From Phyllosticta citribraziliensis (taxonomy: Eukaryota): 64,000 nt of DNA. Position numbers and translations under genes: made by a program. This document shows positions 52,025 to 64,000 of this stretch, piece by piece. The first letter of the stretch is position 1. The number at the start of each line of letters is the position of its first letter. Under the pieces are notes generated by a model. It saw nothing but the letters and a program-made list of their open reading frames with translations. It was not told where the DNA came from and did not search any database. The stretch lies in contig NW_027117338.1 in the NCBI RefSeq assembly GCF_038025025.1, positions 2,170,001 to 2,234,000 on the forward strand, given 5' to 3'.

Positions 52025-53762
52025 GATGAGAGATGGAAACCAGCAATCTGGACCGAGTCTTTATATCAGTACTCTCAAGGCACTAGATGAAATGAAGCAA
52101 AATCACAAGACGTGGGCACACAGGAAAGCGGCGGCGGTCGGGCGGTGGGAGCTGAAGGGAGTGGGAGGGCAAAGTCAGTCTGGCTCAATCATCTGAATCA
52201 AAATGCCAGCCAGGCGTGGATGAAGCATGGGCAAGGGCGGAGAGTATTCGGCAGGTTTGAAGCGTCGTCAGGAGCAGAAGACGTCAGCGCATGGGCAGCC
52301 AAGAAGAACAAGGCCAGGCGCGTGCCGAACAGAGAAGGCTGGGGCCAGCAATTGCTCCTAGTCGTGGCGGCGAGGGGCGGCATAAGGCTCTTCCAATTGT
52401 AGGGCTGCAATAGCATGCCATGGGCAAAGCTAGCATGGAGTCGGTCATCCGCGTGCGCGTTTTCCCCAGATTCTTCGCAACGGGCCGGACCAAGGCAGTG
52501 TGTTCGCATGACTGCCTGAGAGGCGCCGGCGCTGTCCATGGCGTGGGTGGGAGAGCGGTGCTCGGCAGTTGCAAGCAACGGCGTCGCATGAATCCATTGT
52601 GGAGGCTGAGGACAAGACACGGCGATCCGGCACCTGCTCAGCCTCGAGTCGACTCGGCTTCGCGATCCGTCGAGGGCAAGCGGAATGTGGAACAGAGACG
52701 AGATGACGTTGGTGTTGAAAAAGAACAGATGGGGGTGCCAGTTGACGCTATTCCCGTGCAGGCAAGCGCTAGCGGCATACCCGCCGAACAAGACGAAATG
52801 ACTGGGATTTCTCTGAACTGGACACTCCCACCCCAACACACACATCATTGATTCTCCCAAAAGCCATCGCCATGATCATTTCCTGCTCGATCCTCGCGAC
52901 ATCAAGCCCCCACAATGCCGCCTCCTGTCCAAGGCCACCTGCCCACTCGAGAAGTGCCCATTAATGACGCGTCCTCCCTTGGTCACCACCTCCTCCCATC
53001 TTTTGCAACTTGGAAATCCTCGCTTTGATTCCTCTTTCTCGGCGCCCAGAACAAACTCGAGCACATCTGCCTCTATCGCTGATGACTCGGTCATGCCCGA
53101 CTCTCCCAGCCACGGCGCCGGAAGACGTCTCGACCCGGAAGGAGCCAGCCAGGCGCTTCCAACGTTGCCTTGGACAGACTTGGACCCTCTTCTTTTCGAC
53201 TGGCCCTCTCCAGCAGTGACTGGTAGCCGCCCTGAATTCTTTCGCTCAAGACAAGATGATACCGCCATTTGTCATTTCGCTGTTGCGGCTCTCAACGACT
53301 GAGCGTGCTTTTCGAAGTTTTCGGGGACTTTTGAATCCCTCCTCCATCCTGCTCCCTCTTGCCTGATTCGGTCACAAGTCCGCCCGCTGCCAGGTACCAG
53401 AGCAATTCAGCACAACAACGTTGGGAGCTCGCTGCAGCTCAAAAACCACCATCATTATCAGATGACTACGCTTGCAGATTCGGGCTAGAAATCCGCCGTC
53501 TTGGAGCGCTCCAGCACATGACCCACATGATCATATCTGAGAGCTCCGCGTCATCATTTTCCCGCTCCACCGAGCTGCCATATGATTCGATCGACGCTCA
53601 CGCTGCGCGATGCGGGACCATCACTTCCTGGATCATCGTGTGGGACGTCTCTCCTAAAGGATTATTGTCCTAAAGGACAAATGTCGTGACAGGGCGTCTA
53701 TGTCTGATACGGCGAATGTCCTTCCCTCTACTCCCAGTCTACAGGAATACGCGACCTCGACG

Positions 53763-56700
53763 CTACTTCCAGCTCAGTTCCCAGTCCTTCTCCCACGCAG
53801 TCGTCCCATTGCCCATCACGTCACTTAATCCCGACAAAATTAGCACACCACTCTCCTTATCCCACGTCTTCGCGTCATCCTCCAGCGCGGTACCACCGAA
53901 TTTCACCGTTTCCGGTTCTTGCTGCAGTCCCCACACTTTGACTTCCTTCAACACGTTTTTGTCTTGCCACTCGCCGATAGCAGACGCACTCAAACGCCCC
54001 TCAGTCACCACAAATTCTACGTTCAGCGTCGCGTTCTGAACGACGCTCTCCCCATCGTCCAAATACAGCGACCCCCTTGCCTCACCGCTACTGTCCAGTG
54101 CGATGAGCAGACTCCAAGGAGACTGCCGCGCCGCTGCGGTCGTCATCAGCGGCTCCTGAAGGGGAAGGACATGGCCACCGCGCACGAATACAGGAATATG
54201 CGTCGTTGGCGCATCCAGCGTCTTGTTCTGGCCGGGCTCCGCAACAACTTCCGTCCCACTGTACCAGTCGAACCATCGGGTGCCCTGAGCAACACCGGGA
54301 AAGACGCCCGCAGTCTGGTTGGCGTTGGGCGCGAGGACAGGGACGACCATGACGGCCGGACCAAGCAGGAATTGCGTGTCGACGGCAGCGAGAGTGGGGT
54401 CGGCGGAAAACTCCCATGCCAGGGCCCGCAGGACCGTGTCGCCGTTCGCGTGGGCAGCGCGAAAGAGGGAGTACATGTAAGGCAGCAGGGCGTAACGGAT
54501 GGCCATGGCGCGGCGCGAAGCTTCGGCAACGGTAGCCCAGCGGTACGGTTCCTGCGGCACGGCAGCGTAGACGTTGTGGTTGCGATAAAAGGGCATGAAG
54601 GCATTGAGCTGCATCCAGCGTGCGCAGAGGTCGAGACCGCTGTTGCCGTTGAAGCCGCACGTGTCGGTTCCGAACATCGGGGTGCCATACAGCGCAAACG
54701 TCAGCGCCTGTGGAATGCCAAAGTACATGTACGAAAAGCGGCTGTAGTTGTCGCCGCCCCAGTGGCCCGCTTGTCGACCGCTACCAGCAAACGTCGACCG
54801 CCCTATGATAAAGGGGCGTTTGCCCGGATGGACCTCGAGTAGGCCGTGGTACGTTGCGTTGAGGATCTGAAGTCCAAACAAATTGTGGACGTCGTATTCT
54901 TGGACGCCGTTGAAATGCGTGGCGTTTGGGCTGACGGCGTGGACTCCAAGGTCGCCCTGGACATTGTCAATGACGTAGGGAGGGTGGTCCACATTTCGAG
55001 TGCCTGGAGTCGGCGTGGCACGCAGGTAATTGACGACAGAAGAGCTACCTGCCGTCGCTGTTGCAGCCGCCTGGCTTGAGCTGGCCGACGAAGCCACCGC
55101 CGCTTCAGTGGCGTTGGTCACGTTGAAGCCTTCTGGATAGTCGACGATAAGATTACCAGGCGAACCGGGTAACGAAAAGGCTGCGTGGACAGGATTCAGA
55201 CTGAGATTGTTCGAGCCGCACGAGCCCACGCAGAACGACGACACCTCGGACATGTCGATCCAGATGCCGTCAAAGGGGATCTTCTTGTGCCAGCGGACTA
55301 GCTCATCGCTCCACCATGGTACGGCTGTGTCAACTTGCCAGTCGGGGAAGACGGTGTATCCAGGCCTCAAAGATAGGTCAGTGTCTATCCAAGCGAACAG
55401 ATATTTGGACTCACCAGACAGATCCAATATACTGACTGCCATCAGGATTGTTCAGAAAAGCTCCCACGGCGTTGCCGCGATCATACGTAGCATACGCATC
55501 CGACGCATTGTCCGGATTGGGGATGTAAATGGCACTGTCGACAATTGGGATATAGTGTAAGCCCTTGCCATGCACCTTCTCCAGGAATCGACGACCATCC
55601 TCGGCAGGATACGCAATATGGTCGGTCGTGAAATCGCGGTATCCCTCCATGTAATCAATGTCGGTCCAGATATTTTCGAGGGGAATCTCGAAGCGCTCGA
55701 AGGCGTCGACGACCTCCTCCAGCTGCGACCAGTTGGCGTAGCCCCACCGGCACTGATGGTAGCCAAACGTAAAGTACTGCTGCATGGCCGGCAGCCCGAC
55801 AATGCCCTGCTGATATTGTTGCGTGACGGCGGCCGCCGTCGGCCCCGCGAGGAAGAAGAGGTCGATGCTGCCACCGAGCAGCCGCCATGTGAGGCCATCT
55901 TCCTTCAGTACGACTTCTTGCCCGTGTGCGTTGCGCAGGAATACGCCGTGTGTGTACGACACATAATCTCCGCTTGCATTGGCACTGCTGGCGTCCTTGA
56001 CCAGCACTAAGCTGCCGTTGTCAGCGACCTCAAAGTAGCGCGTGTCGACATAGTAGGGGTGGCTGCCGTAACTGTTACTGTCGATGGGATTGGCAATGTC
56101 GACAGCGTAGATGGTGGCTGTGAGATTCCTGTTCAAACGCAGCCCATGGATGCGCTCGCCCAGGCCGTATAGGTTGTAGCCCTCCGGAAGCGCCGTCTTG
56201 AACTCGATGAATTGGTTCTCGTAGACGAGCTTGCTGCCTGTCGTATCGAACAGTACGTCGCCGGTCGACCGCCGGATCACCTTGAACGAAAACGACGGCT
56301 CGTTGCTCCAAGATACCTGCAAGTCGTTCTTCTCAATCGTTGCATTCGCATCCTTGTCAAGCGCCGGCCGAGGGACCAATTCCTCGGGCAAGATATACCA
56401 CGAGCTGTTGGACGGGTCGATGTTGGCGGGGCTGATGTTGATGGACAGCCGATCCGCATTCTGGTATTGCACCGTCAAGTTCAGGACCTCGACGTCCGTT
56501 CCGTACACATTGCACCCCTCTTTCTCGGCCAGGCTCAGTGTCGCCGTAAACCCGTACGCATTTCTCCTGACGTGCGAAGCTTTGTACCCAGGACAAACAT
56601 CTTGCGCATCGACTGCTTCTGAATCATCGATGTTGGCAATCAGCGGCGCGCCGGTATCCGCGTCTGCCGGGACCGTGAAGCGTGGCGCGTAGCTCGTTGA

Positions 56701-56847
56701 CGCAGCAGTAGGGGACGTTATGACGGTGAAGCTCTCCGACACGCCCATCGACTGTTCGGCACTCGCCAAAGACTGTGCTTGGACGCGGACTGCTTCAATG
56801 GCAGTCAGGACGACGCCGGCAGCGAAAAAACGCAGCAGTGGCGTCAT
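53763..56847 (-). CDS. Secreted GH31 alpha-glucosidase
   Basis: Signal peptide, CPGY, YGLGE, FGYHQCRWGY, WTDIDYM, catalytic WIDMSE, HWGGDN, GTDTCGFNGN and FYRNHN. Intron 55366-55414. Confidence 0.95.
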
Positions 56848-59447
56848 GATGGAATGACGACAGCTATGACGAAGAGGAGTGCCTCGACGCTAAAGATTAA
56901 AAAAGTTGGGAAAGGTAGCGTCTGTCAACCATCGACGCTTGTTGAGAAAACTAGGGAAATAGCGTGGATATAAGGCGAGTAGCTTCCTCGCCTCCACAAG
57001 GCGTGTGGAAATATCCTCACTCACATCACGCGGTACTGTCCTGCACCGGCGCGGGCGTCCATGTACGTTTCGACGGGCAGACGCTGCGGACGAAAAGAGA
57101 AGAAGACTGCGAGGGAGCGAGCTCCACTTTGTCCGCTGGCCCTGGCTGGCTGGTAGAGACACGCTCCCCCGCACTACACAGCATCTGCATGCAATGTGTG
57201 GTGGGCATGATGACCCCGCGGAGAGGGGACGAGAGGTGAGGGGAAGAAAATGATGATGATGATGACATGATGCAGTGGAGTAACGCTTCAGGCGCACGTA
57301 CGTATGTTGAGCTGCTGCAGGCCCGCATCACACACAGCAACTCACAGCAGCAGCGCGACTGCGCCGTATGTGTGTGCTGCATGCGCACATAACCGAGCCA
57401 ACGAGACGAGCGAGAGGATTTGCGCAACAGGGATAGAACGAACGGCCGCGGGCAGCAGACTGGGCAGGGCTCAGGACAGGGAAAAGGAATTTGGGCTCGT
57501 GATGCAAATTTCTCGACACCTTCTTGACTTGCCTGCTGAAGATGGAAAACGAGCGCTAGGACGTTGCCTCAATTTTTGGAGCACTCCGAGTCTTCGTCTT
57601 CAGGCGTTGAAATCGGAGGACAGTAAGCATTTGTTGCTCGTCCACATTCTAACCATCAGCCAGGTCAACACACGAGACATGAGTTAGTTGAAAGGCCAAC
57701 GAAAGAGGGATGCTTCACTTACAGACCACTCCCTCTCTTAACATAAGAAGCTGGCACCAACCACTCATAAGGCAACACCTAGCCTTCAACCCGATTAATA
57801 GCAATTCGCCTCCCCCAGCGCAAAGCGGTTGAAAAACACCAAATGAGTGAGAGAAAGAAAAGGAACACCTGCCCTCAACACCTCAGCAACATCTACCCCT
57901 TTGTCCACCACGACCTCGATCTAACCCCAGAAAAGACGACCCCGCACATGCCCCACTCCGTCCGCCAGGGGGTCGCCCCACACCCCCACCTCCGCTTCCG
58001 CTTTTGTTTTGACCGCAGCCCACCTCACCACCGGTGGCTCAACCCAGCTCACTCTTACTCCATCTCATGCCACGCCATCTCATCTCATCTCGCTTGGCTG
58101 TCGGGTTTCGGTCGGCAAAGTTGACATGCCTTGATGTGGCGGCGCCCTGAGATCGGTTTGGTTTGGCTGGTGAGTTTGTGATGTGGTGGCGGCGTGGCGT
58201 GTGTTGATGTGGAGTGATGCACACATTGCTCTGCATACAGTGGCATGCCGAGTACGATATGCAGCGACAAAGAGACAGAGAGGAACGGCACGTCGGTCTG
58301 TCCATGCGTAGTTTCATACACCAGTTCGCAAAGCAATCTAGGATCAATGTCGTACACGAACGACGACATTCAATGGCGCAGTCGGCGCGTGCAAACAGGA
58401 GATGCTACTATCTTCACTATTTCTTTCCTTTTCTTTTATGAAGCTGATGGCGCAACGTGTTCGTCTTCTCCCATGTTCGTCTCTCCTACTTTCCGTTGTC
58501 CTCATCCCTCTGCCCGGCTTCGCCTCGCCTTCGTTTCATTCTGTTTGTCCATAGCCCCGCCTGTCCTGCCAATGCGTCTCGTTGACTGCCAGGCCGGCCC
58601 AGCCGGCCCAGCCAGTCATGGTGGCTCGAATGATCGATGATCTAATTGTCTGAGAGAGGAGATGAGATGAACGAGGAGCGTGCATGGATGAACGGATGTA
58701 CAGGCAGACGTCCGGATAGATACATGGAGAAAGACACAGACAAGTCACAGCGCAGAAGGAAAGTATGAGGGATACGAGAGGGCGCGAATGCAAAGAATGG
58801 CCATGGATAGATAAATCAGATGGAGATATCAATGTGGCAAAGGAACGAGGCAACGACGAGACTGGATGACATTACATGTAAACGAAAAAGCGACAGCGAC
58901 GTACAAAGAAGTAGCTTAGATGGACACAAGATATGTATATGACAAAGACATGTCTGAGAAGTAAAGATGCGTGACAGGGACGACTGAGAGAAAGAGGAGG
59001 ATACTTGATAGAAGAGCGCGACAGGGGGAAAAATTTCAAACGCGCGTCCATTTCCGTAGTCTCCACACATTAAAGGAGCCTCTACCCCAGTCGGCTCCAG
59101 CAAGCCGGCCAAACCCCCCCCACGGGGCGAGCGCAAGGCTGTGCCCGTTCCCGCAACAAAATCTTACACTGTGGCTTCCCTCAACTACCGGGATAAGAGG
59201 CGTCGTGGCGGCGGGTCGCGTGCGCACACACGATAGTGGCGTGCGTACGGACTAGCCTTGCCATCTTCTACTACTACAGTCCGTCCAGTAGGAGAGACAA
59301 GAGAGAAAGAGAAAGGAGGAACACGAGAAAGGAGAAATAGAAGGTATCAAAGAGTAAGGTTTTGGATGATGAGGAGTCAATCAGTAGTAGTAGTCAATCA
59401 AGAGGCAAAGAAGAAAACATCTGAATGACCCGGGAGTATTATCTCAA

Positions 59448-59470
59448 CTGCTGCTGCTGCTGCTGCTGCT
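59448..59470 (+). repeat. (CTG)n microsatellite
   Basis: About 7-8 tandem CTG units, intergenic. Confidence 0.85.
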
Positions 59471-60114
59471 AAGGGAAAAAAAGAAAAGCGGTGGGTTGGT
59501 GAAGAGGAAAAAGAGAGGACCTAATTGCAAAGAAAAAGACCAAGTAAAAAAGACTCTCTGAAGACTTTCTGAAGAAAGGTAAAAAGAAAGGGGGGGCTGT
59601 ATAGTAACATGGAAACGGAAAAAGACAACAAGGGGGAGAAAAAAATGCCAGGCCCGAAATCATTCCCAACAACGCCGCCGGATATGCAGCCCGACGAAAG
59701 GTAAGTCTTTGTCAACGTCCACTTTGTAGAGTGGTGCAAGCGAGAAACCCCCAAGCAGGACGGCGGATTGGTGAACATGTTCAAAAGGGGGAAGGAAAGA
59801 GGGGGAACGAGTTCAAGGATGGAACCAGGGGAGAGAGACGGCGAGAAGAAGAGGAAAACAAAACACAGGAGACTTCGCCGTGTTGCTCAGCCCGTTCCCA
59901 TTCCAAACCCACGGTGCGTCATCGACATTGATGTCAACAGGCATCAACAAAGCATCGATGATTGCGACCACCAGCTCGACCGATCGTCCAATCGCCGGCT
60001 CTCGCCCCGACAAGGGCCGCGCCAAGGACTGTCATCGAAATAGAGCGCAAAACGCGCAAAGACCCTGTCTGTCGGCGCCCAATCTAAGATCTTGTTCTCA
60101 CGGTTATCAACCAA

Positions 60115-63100
60115 TCAACCGCCGCGAGCCTTTCCGCGTCGGCGGAATAGATCCATGACCCTGCGGGCGGCTCCAGAGCTACCCGCGTACCGCTGCTGAT
60201 CTTCGTATGCGTCAGCGAACCGGCGATTCTTCTGCAGCACCCGTGCACGACCCTGACTCGGTTCCGAGCCGAGCTGTTCGTTGCTGTCGAAACCGGGTGG
60301 GTATTGCGGCCGGTGCGGCAGCTGCTGTGCCTGCTGCCTCTGTTCAAGCTCGTTCCTGTTGTAATGACCACCTTGCTGCGACTGAAGCCCCTCTTCGCCA
60401 TGGTTGGGGTATGAAGTTGGTGCGGGATAGCGAGGTTGTTGTGTCGGGGCCGAGGCTTGCAATCCTGAGAAAAGACCGCTTCGGCGCTTGTCTCGGGTGC
60501 TCGTCGTCCGCTGACGCTCGAGCTCGTCGTTGTAGGCGGTTGGAAGTGTGCTTTGGGTGGTACTAGGACTTGGAGAGGGGCTGTCGCGACCATAGCTCAT
60601 TTGGGTCCTTGAAGGTGCCCGCGGGCGGGCAGGCGGCTGGTACGAGCGGCGATCCCCGGCGCCAGGCTCCTTGTTACTGGCGAAACTCTTCATGGAAAAC
60701 GCTGCAGGAAGCAACGAGAAACGACGGGAAGATCTGTCCCGCGGCGGCGCATTTTCGCTCGTTTTGCGATTGAAGCTGAAAGACGTACGCCGCGAAGACT
60801 CGGCCGACCGTCTGTTGCCGCCGCTTCCTTCGCTGGGAATAGAGCTTGTCATGCTGACTGGAGGATAAGACTTTTGTTTTTGACCGCTGGGCTCGGCCGG
60901 CTTCCCGCTGCTGAAAATTCCAGAGGCCCTGAAAATCTTCTCGCCAAACCCGCTGACAGTGTTGGAGCGTCTGTGGGAAACGCGATTCGATTGCGTAGAG
61001 CCTTCGGTCTTGACCGGCTGGTAAGTCGAAGAGGGATCTATCTGCATTGACGTCCTCGCGCCAGCATCTTGCTGTGCTGGGTCTTGGGGCATTGGCGCAG
61101 AAATGACATATTGCTTTCCCTTGGGTTGCGAGAATCGTCCCTGCGCATTGGTCGCCGCCACGGTTGCAGCGACAGGTTGACCGTACGAATTACCACGCGA
61201 GGGGAGTCGAGACGAGCCACTCATGGTCCCACCAGTCGACGGGCGCGCAGATGAAGTGATGGGTTGGTTGGAAAAAGGCACATCTGATACGGCTCGTTGG
61301 TTTTCCCGGGTTGGGCGTGTCGGAGGCACGCCAGCCGCAGAGACTGCCCCCGTCGACATGCGGTTTGGATTGGCGCTCGCAGATGTGTATCCATCCGTTG
61401 CAGGCACTTCGACAGGGCCTTGATTCTCGACGCGCAGACGCGTCCGCGAAGCGCCGCCTTGCGACGCGGCACCAGAAGAGGACCCAATGGGTGGAGAGGC
61501 CTCTCCTCGTTGTGTCTGTGTGTGGGGAGCGACATATTCGACCTGTACCGTTCTGCGTTTGGCATCGCGGTCCCGTTTCGCCTGAGAGCCGGTATCCGCC
61601 TGATCAATGTGGCCGTGTTTCTGGTGCAAGCCGCCGACACCGGCAATTGAGACATGTGTTGGCTTGCTAGCTTCCCTGACCGAGGCGCTACGTGCCAGCT
61701 GCGGAACTTCGTAGGGATCTTCTGTGATTGGTTAGTCGCGTTGATCACAACACCAACGTGACGTAGATTTGACACGAAGGGGTCGCGCAGGAACTGCATG
61801 AACCACTTACCTGCAGGTACCGTTGTATTCGCAATGTCGCTCGAGGTGGTCGTGCTACTCGTAATGAATCCAACGACATGGGCATATTCGCTTAACCAGC
61901 TGTGTCTCGCTACCTCGAAGAGGTCGGCTCGCTTGCGAGGATCGGGCACAAGAATGCGTTTTAAAAGGTCGCGGGCGTGCGGGGTGACATATTCGGGAAA
62001 AGTAAGGGGGGTTGAAACAATGTACTTGTAGAGCAGGTTGATGTTGTCGCCCTCGGGGTTGGCTGGGTCGTCGTCGAAAGGCAGGTAGCCTGCCAACATG
62101 GCGTACTACACAACGTTGTTAGCAGCAGTGGTGAGACATTGGAGGGCAGTGGATCTTACCAAGATGACGCCGCAACTCCACACGTCCACCTTGCGGCCGG
62201 TGTAGAGCGAATCGCTGACAACGAGCTCCGGTGCAGCGTAACACGGGCTACCACAGCTGGTTTGCATCAAATCTCCGCGGCGATGTCCGCTGTCGCCAAC
62301 CATGTCCAAGCCCATCTTTTTTACAAAGTCCTTGTTGCCCAGGTTGTATTCGATCTCGTCGCCCAAGTCGTCGTTGGGATCAAAGGTGTTGGCAAAGCCA
62401 AAGTCGGTAATGATGATGTTTTTGTTGCGGTCAAGCAGGAGATTCTCCAGCTTCAAGTCGCGGTGCACGATGCCCTTTTTGTGCAAGTAGCCTACGCCGG
62501 AAACCAGCTGTGCAAACAAGCGGCGGGCCGAGTTGTCCTTGAGGTACCGATGGTTCAGAATGTAGTCGAAGAGCTCGCCTCCAGAGGCGTATTCCAGGAT
62601 GATGCCAATGTGGCGCTCCGTCTCCACCATTTCGTGCAATCGCACAATGTTTGGATGTTGCAGGCCGCGCAGAATCGAGATCTCGCGGTAAATCTTGGGC
62701 AGTCGACTTGGATTTGAGCCGAGGACCTCTCTTCTTATCAGCTTGATGGCGACCTGGACGCCACCGTCCTTTTTCCAGCCCATCTTGACCTTGCCAAACT
62801 CGCCCTCGCCAAGGGTTTGTCCCAAAATGTAGTCGCCAAACTTGGTCTCCCTCCTCGGCTTGTCTCGCGAATGGTCTTGCCGACTCTTCCCTCCGCCGCG
62901 TCCGCCATCGTCGACACCTTCGCTGCCGACGAGGCCAAGGCCGGTGATGGGCGTTATGTCGGATCCGCCAGCTTGCGGGCGCGTTTCGACCATGCGAGCT
63001 TGTTCGCGAGCAAAGTCCTCGCTGGGATCGGCAATGACGAGACGATTGATGACTGTGCTATCCTCCCTGGGCAGGTTGGATCCCATTGGCGTGCTCCCGA

Positions 63101-63597
63101 CGGCCGTCGCTGAGCGACTGTGCGAGGGGCTGTTTTTGGAGGCGCCGGTGGGTTGGTATGTCGGTTCCTTGGACGACTGGTGGGAGCGGCGGCGATGCGC
63201 AGCGTTGGCTGCGGATTGGGCGGGATCGTCCCTCATGTGCTGCGGAGCGGCGCGAGACGAAGGTGGACGGCTTGAGGTCGTGTACGGGTCCTGAGGGGCG
63301 GCAGTAGCCTTGTGTGTGGAAGAGGTGCGAGGCGGAGGCACGGGACCGGCTTGAGGATTGTAAGCTGATGGTGTGGAAGCGGGCGACGCGTGGTTGGACG
63401 TAGGGCCTGGGTGTGCGCGAGGCGTGGTCGCATCGGAGGCGTTGGAGGTGGACGGCGAGTAATGGTGCGGTTGTTGCGGTGTGCACTCGCCATTCCCACT
63501 CGGTCGCCGCGAGGCTCTCCGCTGCTGGGAAGGCGAGCTGGTCTGGTGGGGGCCAGCGGCGGCGGCGGCGGCGGCGGCGGCGGACGACGAGGACGTC

Positions 63598-63629
<32 letters not shown>

Positions 63630-63731
63630 GTGGTGATAGTAATCGCGGGCGTGCGAGGAGGAGGATGGCTGCTGGTATTGGGTGCGACTGGAGATGGGCG
63701 GGCCAGACTGCTGCACGGCGGCCGAAGACAT
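60115..63731 (-). CDS. KIN4: Ser/Thr protein kinase, Kin4/Ppk1-like (CAMKL)
   Basis: LGEGEFGKVK, VAIK, HRDLKLENLLLD, DFGFANTF, MQTSCGSPCYAAPELVV and GYLPFDDDPANPEGDNINLLYKYI, with C-terminal ARRVMDLFRRR. Two introns (about 62106-62159 and 61722-61810). Confidence 0.9.
63556..63636 (-). repeat. Coding microsatellites encoding poly-Gln and poly-Ala in the kinase N-terminus
   Basis: HHQQQQQQQQQQQTSSSSAAAAAAAAA from (CAG)n and (GCC)n tracts. Confidence 0.9.
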
Positions 63732-64000
63732 TGTTGTGCCCTCGCTGGCAGGCGCCTGTCGCTCCTGGGCGGCGATCAGGGTTCGGTCCAGAGCGGTGAC
63801 GGGATCGGGGGGTTTGACGGCCAAGGTGGTTTGTTGATGGTGTGGTCGGGCGTGGGCGTGGGTCTGGGACTGGGACTGGGACGGGGACGGAGACGGGGAC
63901 CTGGGCTGGGCTGGGAGCGGAGGGGAGGGGAGCTGTCAGGTCGGTCGGGCGGCGGCGGCGGACGACAGGACAGGAAGTACAGGCAGAGCAGCAGGTCGGT

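Noticed and set aside
52100..53700. Small ORFs 52420-52851 and 52964-53302
   Set aside because: No recognisable domain or supporting signals; they cannot be excluded without expression data.
53919..54842. 307-aa antisense ORF
   Set aside because: It is the shadow of the GC-rich GH31 coding sequence and has no recognisable motifs.
57300..60100. Possible unannotated gene or antisense transcript (AG/GTAAGT at 59701)
   Set aside because: No matching branch or acceptor and no credible ORF; the purine tracts and microsatellites fit UTR or intergenic DNA.

Overview
Gene-dense, intron-containing genomic DNA from a filamentous ascomycete (GT..AG introns with CTRAC branch sites; gene content suggests Pezizomycotina, possibly Dothideomycetes, which is an inference). 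I built 18 protein-coding gene models by hand: a hypothetical membrane protein, a secreted tyrosinase-like protein, DOT1, eIF4B, a Tim17-like membrane protein, an MFS transporter, a lectin-like single-pass membrane protein, an A-T-R NRPS-like reductase, GTP cyclohydrolase II, acetoacetyl-CoA synthetase, TFIIIC subunit Tfc3, a UPF0653-like protein, AIM6, UreD, Scc3, a GH64 glucanase, a GH31 alpha-glucosidase and a Kin4-like kinase. I recognised no tRNA, rRNA, CRISPR array or transposon. Most genes are housekeeping, and I cannot claim a wholly new multi-gene system. The best leads are small-scale. Pol III B-box motifs flank the start of the gene for the B-box-binding TFIIIC subunit (candidate autoregulation). 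eIF4B has a candidate 3-nt microexon. The MFS transporter has a hidden 16-nt coding first exon. There is a standalone carboxylate-reductase-like enzyme near that transporter and the lectin-like protein. The GH64 has no signal peptide but an unusual N-terminal extension. Family assignments come from motif recognition only; no database searches were run.
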